A stretch of 63,689 nt of DNA, the filler included, from Reclinomonas americana ATCC 50394 (lineage: Eukaryota): assembly GCA_048213135.1 (NCBI GenBank). It is 4 parts of 2 records of this genome, joined end to end, with 100 filler letters (N's around TTAATTAATTAA, not from the genome) between each part and the next. Parts side by side here need not be neighbours in the genome. Positions count along the whole stretch, not along the records: positions 23,463 to 54,817 come from PS015066.1; 3 more parts are not named here. The stretch is one strand, 5' to 3'. Each line of letters opens with the position of its first letter. Position 1 is the first letter of the stretch. Below, piece by piece: positions 23,363-42,800 of the stretch. The position numbers and the translations under genes are program-made. The notes beneath the pieces are model-generated. The model was given only the letters and a program-made list of their open reading frames with translations, did not search any database and had not been told where the DNA came from.

Positions 23363-23462
23363 NNNNNNNNNNNNNNNNNNNNNNNNNNNNNNNNNNNNNN
23401 NNNNNNTTAATTAATTAANNNNNNNNNNNNNNNNNNNNNNNNNNNNNNNNNNNNNNNNNNNN
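23363..23462. other. Artificial contig-join spacer (N44-TTAATTAATTAA-N44)
   Basis: Six-frame stop 12-mer at 23407-23418 centred in exactly 100 nt. Confidence 0.95.
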
Positions 23463-23599
23463 TCCTCCTCCTCCCTCCCTCCTCCTCCCTCCCTCCTCCT
23501 CCCTCCCCTCCCTCCCTCCCCTCCCTCCCCTCCCTCCCCTTCCCCCTTCCTCCTTCCCCCTTCTCCTTCCCGCTCACCCTCCCTCTCTCTCTCTCAAAG

Positions 23600-30252
<6,653 letters not shown>

Positions 30253-32153
30253 GGAGGAGGCAGTGAAAGTCTCCTTTATGTCACCATACTGAGCGTCTGT
30301 GTTGTCTAGAAACATGCACCTCATATTCGCACACTGCGTGGTGTCGGGTCTCGCCCGCCTGCGTCCATAGTCAGTCGCTGTGCAACACCACGTTCCGTAC
30401 ACGCGTACGGAGTCCGGAGCATGAATGCGAACCCATGCAAATGCATGCTTGATTTTTTTTGGCAACTTCACACTCGCGGCGCTCGCGGCACACATAATTT
30501 TTCATACTTTCCAACGCACGCGCACACACAGTTGCACGTGTCTTTGTTTAGTCGTCTCCACCCAGTGTCACGCTTGCCACTGTGCGCGCGGGAGCTCTTT
30601 TTTGTTGAGTTAGACATCACCGCGAGTGAGAGAGAGAGAGAGAGCAGCTCTGCAGAACAATGCAGTCGCGTGTGTCGCCGCCGCCGCCACTCGCTCGGCG
30701 ACAATCAACTGACCAGGGTGCGTGAGAAGAACAACAGAGTGTGTGTGACACGCTTGGTACACATTTTACTGGTGTTCGAGTCGCACTATTTTCTGTCTCC
30801 TCCCCACTGCGTGTCTGTTCTCTTCCTCTCCTCTCCTCCTCCGCATGGGCGTTGCCTTTTGCGTGTTTCTCTGCACGCACAATCACTGTGCGCGCATACG
30901 GTGTGAGGCAGAGTGCGTTGCCCATGATGCATCTTTGGAGAGAGTGATATCGATGGACACGCGCATGCGCACACACACACGCTGCGCACACACACACACC
31001 CGGCACGCACAAACTTGTGTCATGCACACACACTCTATTCCCTTCGCTCACTGAACTCCGCACAAACCACGGGACGAGGAGCGTGGTTTTCATTCACACA
31101 CTACTCTCTCATCTTGATCCTGTGCTCGCGTTCTGTCGCTTGTTCTCACTTTTTTCGCACACTCTCTTGCGTGCACACATGCGGCGCCGCCTCTGTACTC
31201 TGCTCAAGATGGTGTGTGTGCATCGCCAGTCTCCTCCTGACTGGGCCTCTCTCTCACTCCCTCTCCCTCTTCCCTCCCCCTCTCTCCCTCTCCCTCTCTC
31301 CTTCTCCCTCTTCCCTCACCCTCTTCCCTCTCCCTCTCTCCCTCTCTCCCTCACCCCTCTTCCCTCTCCCTCTCTCCCTCTCTCCCTCNNNNNNNNNNNN
31401 NNNNNNNNNNNNNNNNNNNNNNNNNNNNNNNNNNNNNNNNNNNNNNNNNNNNNNNNNNNNNNNNNNNNNNNNNNNNNNNNNNNNNNNNNNNNNNNNNNNN
31501 NNNNNNNNNNNNNNNNNNNNNNNNNNNNNNNNNNNNNNNNNNNNNNNNNNNNNNNNNNNNNNNNNNNNNNNNNNNNNNNNNNNNNNNNNNNNNNNNNNNN
31601 NNNNNNNNNNNNNNNNNNNNNNNNNNNNNNNNNNNNNNNNNNNNNNNNNNNNNNNNNNNNNNNNNNNNNNNNNNNNNNNNNNNNNNNNNNNNNNNNNNNN
31701 NNNNNNNNNNNNNNNNNNNNNNNNNNNNNNNNNNNNNNNNNNNNNNNNNNNNNNNNNNNNNNNNNNNNNNNNNNNNNNNNNNNNNNNNNNNNNNNNNNNN
31801 NNNNNNNNNNNNNNNNNNNNNNNNNNNNNNNNNNNNNNNNNNNNNNNNNNNNNNNNNNNNNNNNNNNNNNNNNNNNNNNNNNNNNNNNNNNNNNNNNNNN
31901 NNNNNNNNNNNNNNNNNNNNNNNNNNNNNNNNNNNNNNNNNNNNNNNNNNNNNNNNNNNNNNNNNNNNNNNNNNNNNNNNNNNNNNNNNNNNNNNNNNNN
32001 NNNNNNNNNNNNNNNNNNNNNNNNNNNNNNNNNNNNNNNNNNNNNNNNNNNNNNNNNNNNNNNNNNNNNNNNNNNNNNNNNNNNNNNNNNNNCCCTCACT
32101 CCCTCTCTCCCTCTCTCCCCCGCCCTCTCCCTCTCACTCCCTCCACCTTGCAG

Positions 32154-32582
32154 TCGGCCAACGCCACATCCACCGGCTGCGGCGCGTTCCCGCCTTCACT
32201 GCGCGCACCCTCTGTCTATTCCTCTTGCTCATCGTGCACTCTGCCACTCTGACGCTGCTCGCCACCGGCCTCAATGTGCCCTCCATCGTCAACATTTCGT
32301 CGCCCTCGACCGGCAGCGATCCCACCGGGTGCACGGTGACCTTCACCGTGCAGAGCAACGGTTATTCGGCTCCATTTGGTGGCGGTGAATCTACTGTCTA
32401 TGCGGAGTACGGCATTGGCGACGACATAGGTCTCAACGTGCAAACCATGGCCGGCGCGCCGGGTTTCGACATGATCACGCCGTGGGCCGATGGTACCCGC
32501 ACCGCCGCTCGTTTCAAGAACCCGTCAAGCATTTTTTACTCTGACGACTACAACGTGCTGCTGGTGGCCGACACGTTGCGTG

Positions 32583-32644
<62 letters not shown>

Positions 32645-35600
32645 GTGCTCTGTCCCAATTCTGCCTCTCCCTAGAATCCTGGTCTTCCTGTCTCACAGTA
32701 TTCCTCAGTATTTCTCTGCATGTCTGCTCCTTGTAGTCGACTCCCTTCCTTCTCTTGCAGCCTACTCGCTTTCTCTCTCTTCATATGTCTTTCCCCTTCT
32801 GCGTGTTTCTCTCCTTGCTCTACGTTCTCACTCTCCTTTGCCTCTCCATTACAGCGGTAATCATGTCATCCGCACTGTGGATGACGCCGGCGTGGTGTCA
32901 ACCCTCGCCGGCACCGTTGGCTCCCCGGGATACGCGAACGGCGGCGTTGGCGTCGGTCAACTGATATCGCCCGCCGCAGTGACCGCCAATCGCGGCGGCG
33001 GAGCGATGACTGTGTACGTGGGCGATGTTGCGTATCGATGTTCTGCAGTTGCTGCTTTTTGTCATTATGCGACCATGTTCGCTCACTGGGTTCTCTGGGC
33101 GATTGTTTGTTGTGGGGCGCAGGCTTCGTGCTCGGTGAGCAAGATTGTCGGCAACACGATTACCCACTTTGCTGGCAATCCGGCGGTCTGCCCGAGTCCT
33201 TCGCCCCCTGTTAACGGAAATGGGAATGTGGCGACTTTTTCGTCGTCGGTGACGAGTGTTGCGACTGATGCTTTTGGCTACTTCCTGTTCGTCTCCGATG
33301 CTGGAAACAGCATTATTCGACGCATCGACCTGAGCGCCCCTTACCCCACGATAACACAATTCGGCCAGCCCAACGTACCGGGTAACACGGATGGCTACGC
33401 GACGCTAGCCGCTGCCGGGCTGCCACGGGCGCAGCTCACGTCACCGGGCCGCTTGGCTTACGGAGGCCTTGATCAGTTTGACTGGATATTTATGACGGAT
33501 CCCGTTTCACGGGTTGTGCGCAAGTTAAATGACAACGGTTTTGGGCCCGAGTCTTATAGAGTTGACACCATTGCCGGTGACCCGACTGCCGCTGCGTCGA
33601 CCCAGGATGGTACTGGTACCGGCGCACGGTTCCAATATCCTTCGGGTGTTGCCTTTATTACGAACAATGGCGAGCGACAGCAGACGTATCTGCTCGTGGC
33701 TGACAGGACAGCACGCGTGATTCGCGAGGTGACGCTGTACGGATCGAGCACGGTTGTCGCGGGTCGCGTGGGCGTCAACTCCAACGATGACGGTGTGGGC
33801 AGCTTTGCGACATTCTCCAGTCCCGCCGACATTACGTTCTCCAAGAACAAGCAGCTGGTCTACATTGTCGACGATGTGGCGAATGTGAGTGCAGTGGCGC
33901 AATGGGGATTGGCTGTGATACGTCTCCCCTTCTTTGTTCTCTCTCCTTGTAGGGGCTTTCATTGTTATTGCCTGTCTCTTCTGACATCTCTTTCTCGCTG
34001 CTCAGACGTCTTGCAGTCGCTACTTCCTTTCCTCCTATGTTGTCTCTGCCCTCTTCCGCCTTGCGTCGCGCCTCTTCTCCCTTCCTCTTCCCTTCCTCTT
34101 CCGTTACTTCTCTTCTCTCCTTCCCCTCCTTCCCCCTCCTTCCCCCTCCTTCCCCTCCTTCCCCTCCTTCCCCCTCCTTCCCCCTCCTTCCCNNNNNNNN
34201 NNNNNNNNNNNNNNNNNNNNNNNNNNNNNNNNNNNNNNNNNNNNNNNNNNNNNNNNNNNNNNNNNNNNNNNNNNNNNNNNNNNNNNNNNNNNNNNNNNNN
34301 NNNNNNNNNNNNNNNNNNNNNNNNNNNNNNNNNNNNNNNNNNNNNNNNNNNNNNNNNNNNNNNNNNNNNNNNNNNNNNNNNNNNNNNNNNNNNNNNNNNN
34401 NNNNNNNNNNNNNNNNNNNNNNNNNNNNNNNNNNNNNNNNNNNNNNNNNNNNNNNNNNNNNNNNNNNNNNNNNNNNNNNNNNNNNNNNNNNNNNNNNNNN
34501 NNNNNNNNNNNNNNNNNNNNNNNNNNNNNNNNNNNNNNNNNNNNNNNNNNNNNNNNNNNNNNNNNNNNNNNNNNNNNNNNNNNNNNNNNNNNNNNNNNNN
34601 NNNNNNNNNNNNNNNNNNNNNNNNNNNNNNNNNNNNNNNNNNNNNNNNNNNNNNNNNNNNNNNNNNNNNNNNNNNNNNNNNNNNNNNNNNNNNNNNNNNN
34701 NNNNNNNNNNNNNNNNNNNNNNNNNNNNNNNNNNNNNNNNNNNNNNNNNNNNNNNNNNNNNNNNNNNNNNNNNNNNNNNNNNNNNNNNNNNNNNNNNNNN
34801 NNNNNNNNNNNNNNNNNNNNNNNNNNNNNNNNNNNNNNNNNNNNNNNNNNNNNNNNNNNNNNNNNNNNNNNNNNNNNNNNNNNNNNNNNNNNNNNNNNNN
34901 NNNNNNTCTCCCCTCTTCCCCTCTTCCCCTCCTTCCCCTCCTTCCCCTCCTTCCCCTCCTTCTCCCTCCTTCCCCCTCCTTCCCCCCTCCTTCCCCCCTC
35001 CTTCCCCCTTCTCCGTCACCCACCCTTCCCCTCCACCCCAACAGATCATTCGCGTTGCCTCGCTTCCCCGCCGACCATTGATACCTGCACTCGTATTTCC
35101 ATCACCCGGAACGCCCCTGACAGTGCGCATTCTCAACTTGGCCCCAGCCTCCACGTACCGCGTTTATTTCCGGGTGGTTTCAACTAGCGACAATGTCATT
35201 GTGCGTTCGACGTCGCCGGCCACTTGCAGCACCGCTTTTCTCCCAGTGTTGACCACGTCGGCCGCCACCGACCTCGCTGCTACCAGCGCAACGCTACACG
35301 GAACCGCAACAACTATCGGTGCCTCATCGGCCATGGGAGCGGCGTTTCAGTACGCAGTTAGTGCCGAGTATCTCGAGCCGAACATTAGCCGATTTCTGGG
35401 CGCAGTTGACGGTGCCGGTCTGGGTATCCCCGACCCTGTGAGCGATGGCTTGCACACGCCGTCAGGTGTGGTATCCTATCATCACGATTTGTACGGACTG
35501 TTTCTGTTCATCTTGAATTACGGCAAGCACACTCTCACGGTGTACCAGGAATGGGGAGCAATCACGTATCAGTTCGGGGCGGCAGGCATTCCGGGTTCCA

Positions 35601-36843
35601 CGGACAGTCCCATGCGGTTCTTCTCGCCGTTGTCACTGGCGATGGACCCTCTCACCAAGGACGTGTATATTGCCGACAGTGACAACTCAACAATCCGGCG
35701 TTTTACTTTTGGTCTCCTCAATTATTCTCCATCGGATGCCCTTACGACTGTCGCTGGTCGCTCGGCCCTCGACGGTGGTGTCCACGCGAACATTGACGGT
35801 TTCGGAACTGACGCGCGGTTCTACAAGCCGCAGGCTATTGCTTTTGACAGCAGGCGTGGATGGCTGTGGATCGCTGACTCTGCGTTGCACGCGATTCGCA
35901 TCTACGATACTGCCACTGGTGAGTGCAGCAGGTTGGGGTGGGCTTGCTTTAGTGAGTGTCTTCCGATTCTGCGTGAGCAGCTTTGACTGCACCTTCCTCT
36001 TCTTGCACATCAGCAAGATATTGGTTGGTTATTGTTGTTTGCGTCTCTTGTCTCTCCACGATTGTGCACCTCAATGCTTGTCAGCTTCAGTCGTGTTTCT
36101 CGTTGCTCATCTGCCTTTTTCAGTCCGTCACCTTCGCAGGTGTCGTCGTCTTCATCTTCTTCGCTGTCGACTCTCGAGAGCTCCTGTCCCCCCTTCTCCT
36201 CCTTTGTTTCTTCTTTCTCCGATCCGTGCATCACTTGCACACCACGTCTTCAGTGTTATCTGCTTCTTGCATTATTCAATGAATGTCACTCATTTTTAAA
36301 CCCCCTTTCTGCTCCCTTCCTCCCCATTCACAGGCTACGTGCAAACATTTATTAGCCCATCCGGCGGTGCATTCAACGACGGCCCCGCATCGTCAGCACT
36401 GTTCAATGCACCGGTGGGCATTGCTGTCGATGCTGTGGGCAAGGTGTACGTTACGGAATTACTCAACCACACTATCCGCGTCATCAACCCGTGGACCAAA
36501 TCTGTGTCGACTGTGGCCGGTGATCCTTCACGTGATTTCAACGTAGACGGCGATGCTAGCACCGCTGCCATCCGATTTCCGTTCGGCATTACTGTCTGCA
36601 AGAAGAGCGGTCGAATGTTCTTTCTTGATTTTTACACTGTGCGTGAGGTGGAATTTGCGGTCAACAACGTGTATGTCCGGACCGTTGCCGGCACCTACAG
36701 TAATGGTGGCACGACCGACGGACCTGGCATATCGCAAGCTCTCATCAGCAACGGAATCGGCATGTACTGCGACGATGACATCAATTCGCTGTGGATTGCC
36801 GATGTGAGTTGGCGCGTATGTGTGTTTGTGAGAGAGTGTGTGA

Positions 36844-36876
<33 letters not shown>

Positions 36877-39800
36877 TGAGTGTGTGTGAGTGCGTGAGAG
36901 ATGCGTATCGATATTCTTCTCTTCCCTTCTCTTCCCTCAATTGCCGCACTGGTGCACTACAGACCTTCAACCACCTGATCCGACGTGTTACTTTCCCGGT
37001 GTTGCAAATGACCGCCCCAGTGGCACTCAACGACATGTCCAGTGTCAACACACTCAATGTCGCCGCCACCGCGTTGTGGCCAGCCACTGCGTACGCGTAC
37101 CGTATGCTAATTGTGCGAATGCCAGTGACGGGTTACGCGCAGAATGACGCTGCCACACAGCCAGTTCAGTTTTCGAACACGCCCGTGTCGACCTTTACGA
37201 CGTTGGGCAAGCCGTACTTCGAGTACAATCCGTACGACAATGTGCAAACGTCCAACACCGGCGCTGTCGTCACCGGCCACGTCAACAACGCAGTCGAATC
37301 GCTGAATGTCCTGCTCGAGTTAGCCGAGTCGGCAGCCGACTTTGACTACACCCATGCGCTGTTCTCCGGCACGCCCAACATGCAGGGTTACGACAACGGT
37401 GTTGCCGGTACTGGCAAACACAGCACCCCGACCGGCATTGTGGTAGGCGCGGCGCCGAACCAAGCCTTGTCCGCAAACTACAGCGGGCCGATGAGCATCT
37501 ACGTGACTGATGTTGCGTGGGAGGGAGGGAGGGAGGGTGGTTCTCTCTTGATATGCCTCCGTTGGCATGGCCTTCTTTGCAGACCACCTCTTGCTTCTCT
37601 GATCTCGCCTCTCTGTTTGTTTGCTCGTGTTCCTGCACTGAGGGTGTTTTTGAGGGCATTCATCTCTCTACTTCTCTTTTCTTCGTCTGGCAGTCTCCAC
37701 TCACTGTTTGTTTCTACACAGACCGACTCCAATTCCATCCGGCAGCTGGCACCGACAGCGCCAGGGTCCAGTCAGTATACTGCAACGGTGTTGGTTGGCG
37801 ATCCGACATTGGGTCCCGACTACTTGGATTCCAGCTCTGGAAATCCACCCAGGTTCAACGGACCTACTGCACTTGGCTACTGCCCGCTGAAACAGGCACT
37901 AGTTGTTGTCGGTGCGTCAAGATTTTCCCTTGTCGCTGGCTCTCTGTCTGTTCAGTTGTTTCGCTCTTGTCGACAGTACTCTCTAATCGCTTCCGTTTGC
38001 ACTCTCTGTGATTCACATCTCTTGCCTGCTTTCGCGCGCTCTCTGTCTATCTGTCATCATGTGTGTGTCCTTTCACTGGAGTTCACTGCTGCTCCTTCTT
38101 GGACATCCTTACTCTTTCTTCGTCTCTCGACGCCGTCCATCGCATCTGCAACGAACAACGCCCTCCTCCCACTCGCCTCTTCCTTTTCTCTGTGATGCTT
38201 GAGTGATGTTACTCTTCCTTAGTCTCGCTCGCACACAAACATCGCACTGCCGTGGCACTCTCCCTCCCTCTCTCTCTCCTGCACACCTCTATTCCTCACC
38301 AATGTCATCCGAGCAGACTCCAACAACAATGCCTTCCGATGGGTGGACTTGCCGACAATGACAACCTCAACCATCATAAACTCTATTAATCCCGGTATCG
38401 ACTCGGATGATGTCGGAGTGACCAGTTCGTCTTTCAGCTTCGACACAGCAACAGCATTGGCTGTGGATCCGACCACGTGCGCCATCTACTACAGCTCCAA
38501 AGGCAATCTTGACAACTTCAGCATCTTTCGCCTCACCCTCGACTTCAACGTCAGCGACATGTACCCTGTAACTGCGAAACAGGTGGCACTGTGGGATCGT
38601 GTGGCTGGCTCCGCAGATCCGCTGACCGCTACAACTGACGGTGTCGGCAAGAGCGCGCAAATGCGCCACATCATGGCCATGACTGTGTGTCCCGACGGCA
38701 ACTTGTACTTCACTGATCAGACGAATACTAATCCTGCTGGTGGCCTGATTCGGCGACTGACGCCCACCGGAGAAGTGACCAGTCTCACCAGTGTGACCAA
38801 GGGAGCTGGTAATGGCGATGGTTCGTTCGGCTCCGCCGCGTTCATGCCAACCTTGAATGGAATTGTGTGCGGCGGCGACGGCACGCTGTATATCACGGTG
38901 AGTGGGGAGGAGTGTGTTGGTTGTCAGACCCGTTGTTCTGTTGTGTCGCGTCCGTGCCGTGTATCCTTCCTCCTGCTTGTGTTGTAATGGTTTCTCCTTG
39001 GCGCTCTATCGACTTGTCCGTGTTGGTTGTGATTCTTTTTCTGTCTCGCTCCACTGTTCTCACATTGAATGTCCTCCTTCCCCCTTCTCCTCCCCTTTCT
39101 CTCCTTTCCCTTCTCTTTCTCGTCCTCTTTCCCCTTCCCCGTTCCCCTTCCCCTTCCCCTTCCCCTTCCCCGTTCCCCTTCCCCTTCCCCTTCCCCTTCC
39201 CCGTTCCCCTTCCCCTTCTCCTTCCCCTCTCTTCCCTTTCTTCCCTCTCCCTTCCCCTTCTCCCCCTTCCCCTTCCCCCCTCTCCCCTTCCTCTCCCCAC
39301 CCACCACTTTCCCTCTCGTGCAGCACCGGGAACTCCCCACAATTCGCCGCATTCGTCTCGCCGAATCCGCGGTCGAGTCAGTGATGCCAGTCCCCGGAGC
39401 CGGTATCCCCGCCGACGCCCTGGCCGTCCTCACCACTGTGGCCCCCTTCCGACCACTGGCCTTTGTGTACGTCAGCTCGACTACGCACGCCATCTACATC
39501 TACAAGCCCAACAAGGACACTGCTGCCATCACCACCGTGGCGACGACATTCGGTCCGGCCAACCCGGTGCAGACATTTACGGCCACAGTAACCGGCCTGA
39601 CGCCCGGCAACAAGCGCTTTGTGCGCCTCCGTGCTGTGTCAGCGGCCGCCGGCTCCACTCTTCCCACCCTGATCTCGCCGTTCGATCCCGGCGCCAGCTA
39701 CTTTATCACGTTGTTTGATCCGCCGACTATCACCAACATCAACGTCGCGGTGACAGGAACGACGGCAGTGGACATTAATTTCACGGCAAATGCACAGGCG

Positions 39801-42800
39801 TGGCCCTCGGGCGTTCAGCTGCAGGCGTTGTGGTCGCGTGATGCGACCAACCTGCTGCAACGGCGAGTGCGCACAGTCGCGAACACGGAGACCATTGTCC
39901 GCCTGTCCATGGACGTTGAGAGTCAGACGCTGTACTTTGCGGGTTTGACCCCTGGCTGTTCGGTGCACAAGTTGACCAGTGGCGGTCAGCTGGTGACGCT
40001 AGTTGGGTCGGCTGGCTGTGGCGCGCAAATTGGCGATGCGTCCACTGCGCAAATCGGAACCACCGTTGGTGGGGTGGCGTGGAGTGCAAGTCAGAAGGTT
40101 CTGTATGTTGCCGATAACGACAATGCTTCGTTGCGAGTGGTGAACCCATCACCGTCGGCGGCGGCGAATTTAGTGACAACGGTACCGTTAATTTCAGACT
40201 TTTTTGGCTGCATGGGTCTCGCGCTGGACGACACTACTGGCCTCTTGTACATGACCAAGGGACACAGCGTGCGCTTGGTGGACGTTCAGTCGAATACAAG
40301 TCAGGTGATCGCCGGTAACGATGGGGATCCGGGACTCCTCGATGGCGATGGCACCAGCGCTCATTTCCTGTTTCCGTTGGGTCTAACGGTGTCGGGTTCC
40401 TACGTGTACATTGCGGACTCGCAGAATTATGCCATTCGGCGGATGACAATCAACGCTCCGTATACAGTGACGACGGTGTTTGCTGGTGATCCGTTCCAAA
40501 CGATTACGCTTCCCGGTGGAGTACAGCTTCCCGCTGCCCTTCAGCCCTCGGCTGTTGTTATTGACCCATCCAACAGCAACAATCTGTATTTTGCAGCTGC
40601 CGGTATCACGTTATTGCGATTGGATGCGGTGACACTCGAGCCGATTGTCTCCGCCAATGACGACTTCGATTACTTCTTTGTCGACAGCTTGGCCGTCGAC
40701 CGGGATGGCGTGGTTTACGCCAATCCCTTTGCCAGTCGCATCACAGCTATCCGCCCCCTGCGGACCGAGGGCTTTACGACACCGTTACCGGCTGTAACAG
40801 GCGTCACCAACACTGCGAAGACTATATCCCTCAGCGCGCAGACGCACGGTCTCGATGCCAACACCACGTACTATTTCAGCATCCGGGGCACCGGTGTCGG
40901 CTACCTTCCTGTCATGACTACGGTGCAGTCGTTCACCACGCGCAGTCCTGGCACTGTGGCCAATGTGCAGGTCACGTTTCCGACCAGCACGGACTTTCAA
41001 GTCGACCTGTCTGCGACGGCTTCGAGCGCGAGTGCGCCGTTTGACGTTTTCCTTCAAGTCTCCAAGGATCCGCATGCTTTCCTCGACCAGGTCGACACCA
41101 TTGGCAGCTCGCTCGGGCAGCCGTGGGGCATCGCGGTCACAGGCGGTAGTACTCTGTACTTCTCGAACGAGGCCGATCACACCATCCGAAGCATGTCGTC
41201 GGGCGGTGTGGTGAGCTTGGTGGCCGGTCAGAGTGCGACGAACACCCCATTTACGGATTCGCCGGCCCGTTTCAACGGGCCGCGCGGTCTGGCGCTGTCG
41301 CCTGACGAGTCTCTGCTGTATGTGGCGGACGCCGGGAACCATGCTATCCGGCAGGTGCTGCTGTCGGGCCCCACTGTCACGACTCTGTGCGGCACTGGAG
41401 CGGCACTCGCAGCAGATGGCGTCTGCAGTGACAGCGATGTCGGTTTCTCCACTCCCTCTGACGTCGTGACGAATAGTGACGGCTCACTGTTGTATGTGGC
41501 CGACACCGGCAACCATGTCATTCGAGAAATCACCCTGGCTGCGCCGACGACAGTGGTCCTTCTCGCTGGCCTGTTCGGCGTACCCGGCAACGTTGACGAC
41601 ATTCGTGATCTGGCGCGCTTCACGTCCCCGATCGGTCTTGACTATTTTGCTGCGTACCCGCCAATGGCAGCTGTGTACGTGGCCTCTGCAGCGGCGTCGA
41701 TTCGTGCGGTGAGCACAGGCGGACTGGTGTACACGGTTGCCGGTGCCAGTGGAACCGCGCAGTGTCAAAACGATACGACACCGCTGTTGAATGCCAACGC
41801 GCGCTTCTCCGGTGGCATCACTGGCTTGGCGGTGGACTCGTTCCGTTCAACCATGTCACCGTGGGTGCTGACGGCCGACACCACGTGCCACACGATTCGT
41901 GCGATTGAGACGCGGGGCGTTTCGCGCTTGCTGGCCGGCGTGAACGAACCGGGAACCGCCATCTCCACCAACGGTGTTGGCGGCGGTCGCTTCGTGTCGC
42001 CCACCAACATTTCGGCCGTGCTCTCCGCCGTCTACGTGACCGAGCACTCGGCGGGCACGATTCGCCGACTTCTGCGTGCCGCGTACGCCGACAATGGTGT
42101 CACCACGGAGACGCTGTCCGCCGCCGTGAACAGTGCACCGGTTGCCAGCACGTCGGCTGTGGCGGTGAGCAAGCAATACAGTTACGCCAGCACGGCGGTG
42201 GTGCAGCCCGGCTCCGTCTACTACTACATTCCCATGTTGCGAGACACCGCCGAACCTGTCAGCAGCCGCCAGGCTGCTGGACCGGTGGGCTTGTTCTACG
42301 CACCCAAGGCGTCGGCTGTGCTCTCCGCTACGGCCTCCACCTCCGTGTCGGTCACTGGCTTTACGGTGTCAACTACAGCGCAGGCTGGCGCAAGTGGTGC
42401 GACGGCAAGCGTGTCTGTGTACGTGGCGTTCGACAAGAGCATGCTGTACCCACAAGTGTCGACGGTCGTCGGCTCCGTGTCTGCCTCTGGCGCAGTGGAC
42501 GATGCCGAGCCGTACAATGCACGTCTCAATCGTGTGGCCGGCGTGCTGGCACACAGTAGCGGCGCTGTGCTATTCACCGAGATGAACAATCACGTGGTGC
42601 GCCAACTGGCAACCGACGGCACACTGACGATCCTGGCCGGCTCACTCACCACAGCAAATCTGACCAACGGTACCGGCGCCACGGCGCGCTTCTCTCAACC
42701 GCGAGGTTTGTGCCAGAACAAGGTCGGCACCGACGTGTTTGTGGCCGACAGCGGGAATCACGCATTGCGGCGAGTGACCATGGCGGGCGTTGTGACAACC

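Noticed and set aside
23407-23418. TTAATTAATTAA as a biological palindrome or piggyBac TTAA target
   Set aside because: Always centred in 44+44 Ns; an assembly linker.
39069-39323. First 85 aa of the 3579-aa ORF
   Set aside because: Polypyrimidine intron (38898-39323); NHL homology joins TLYIT to HRELPTIRRI across it.
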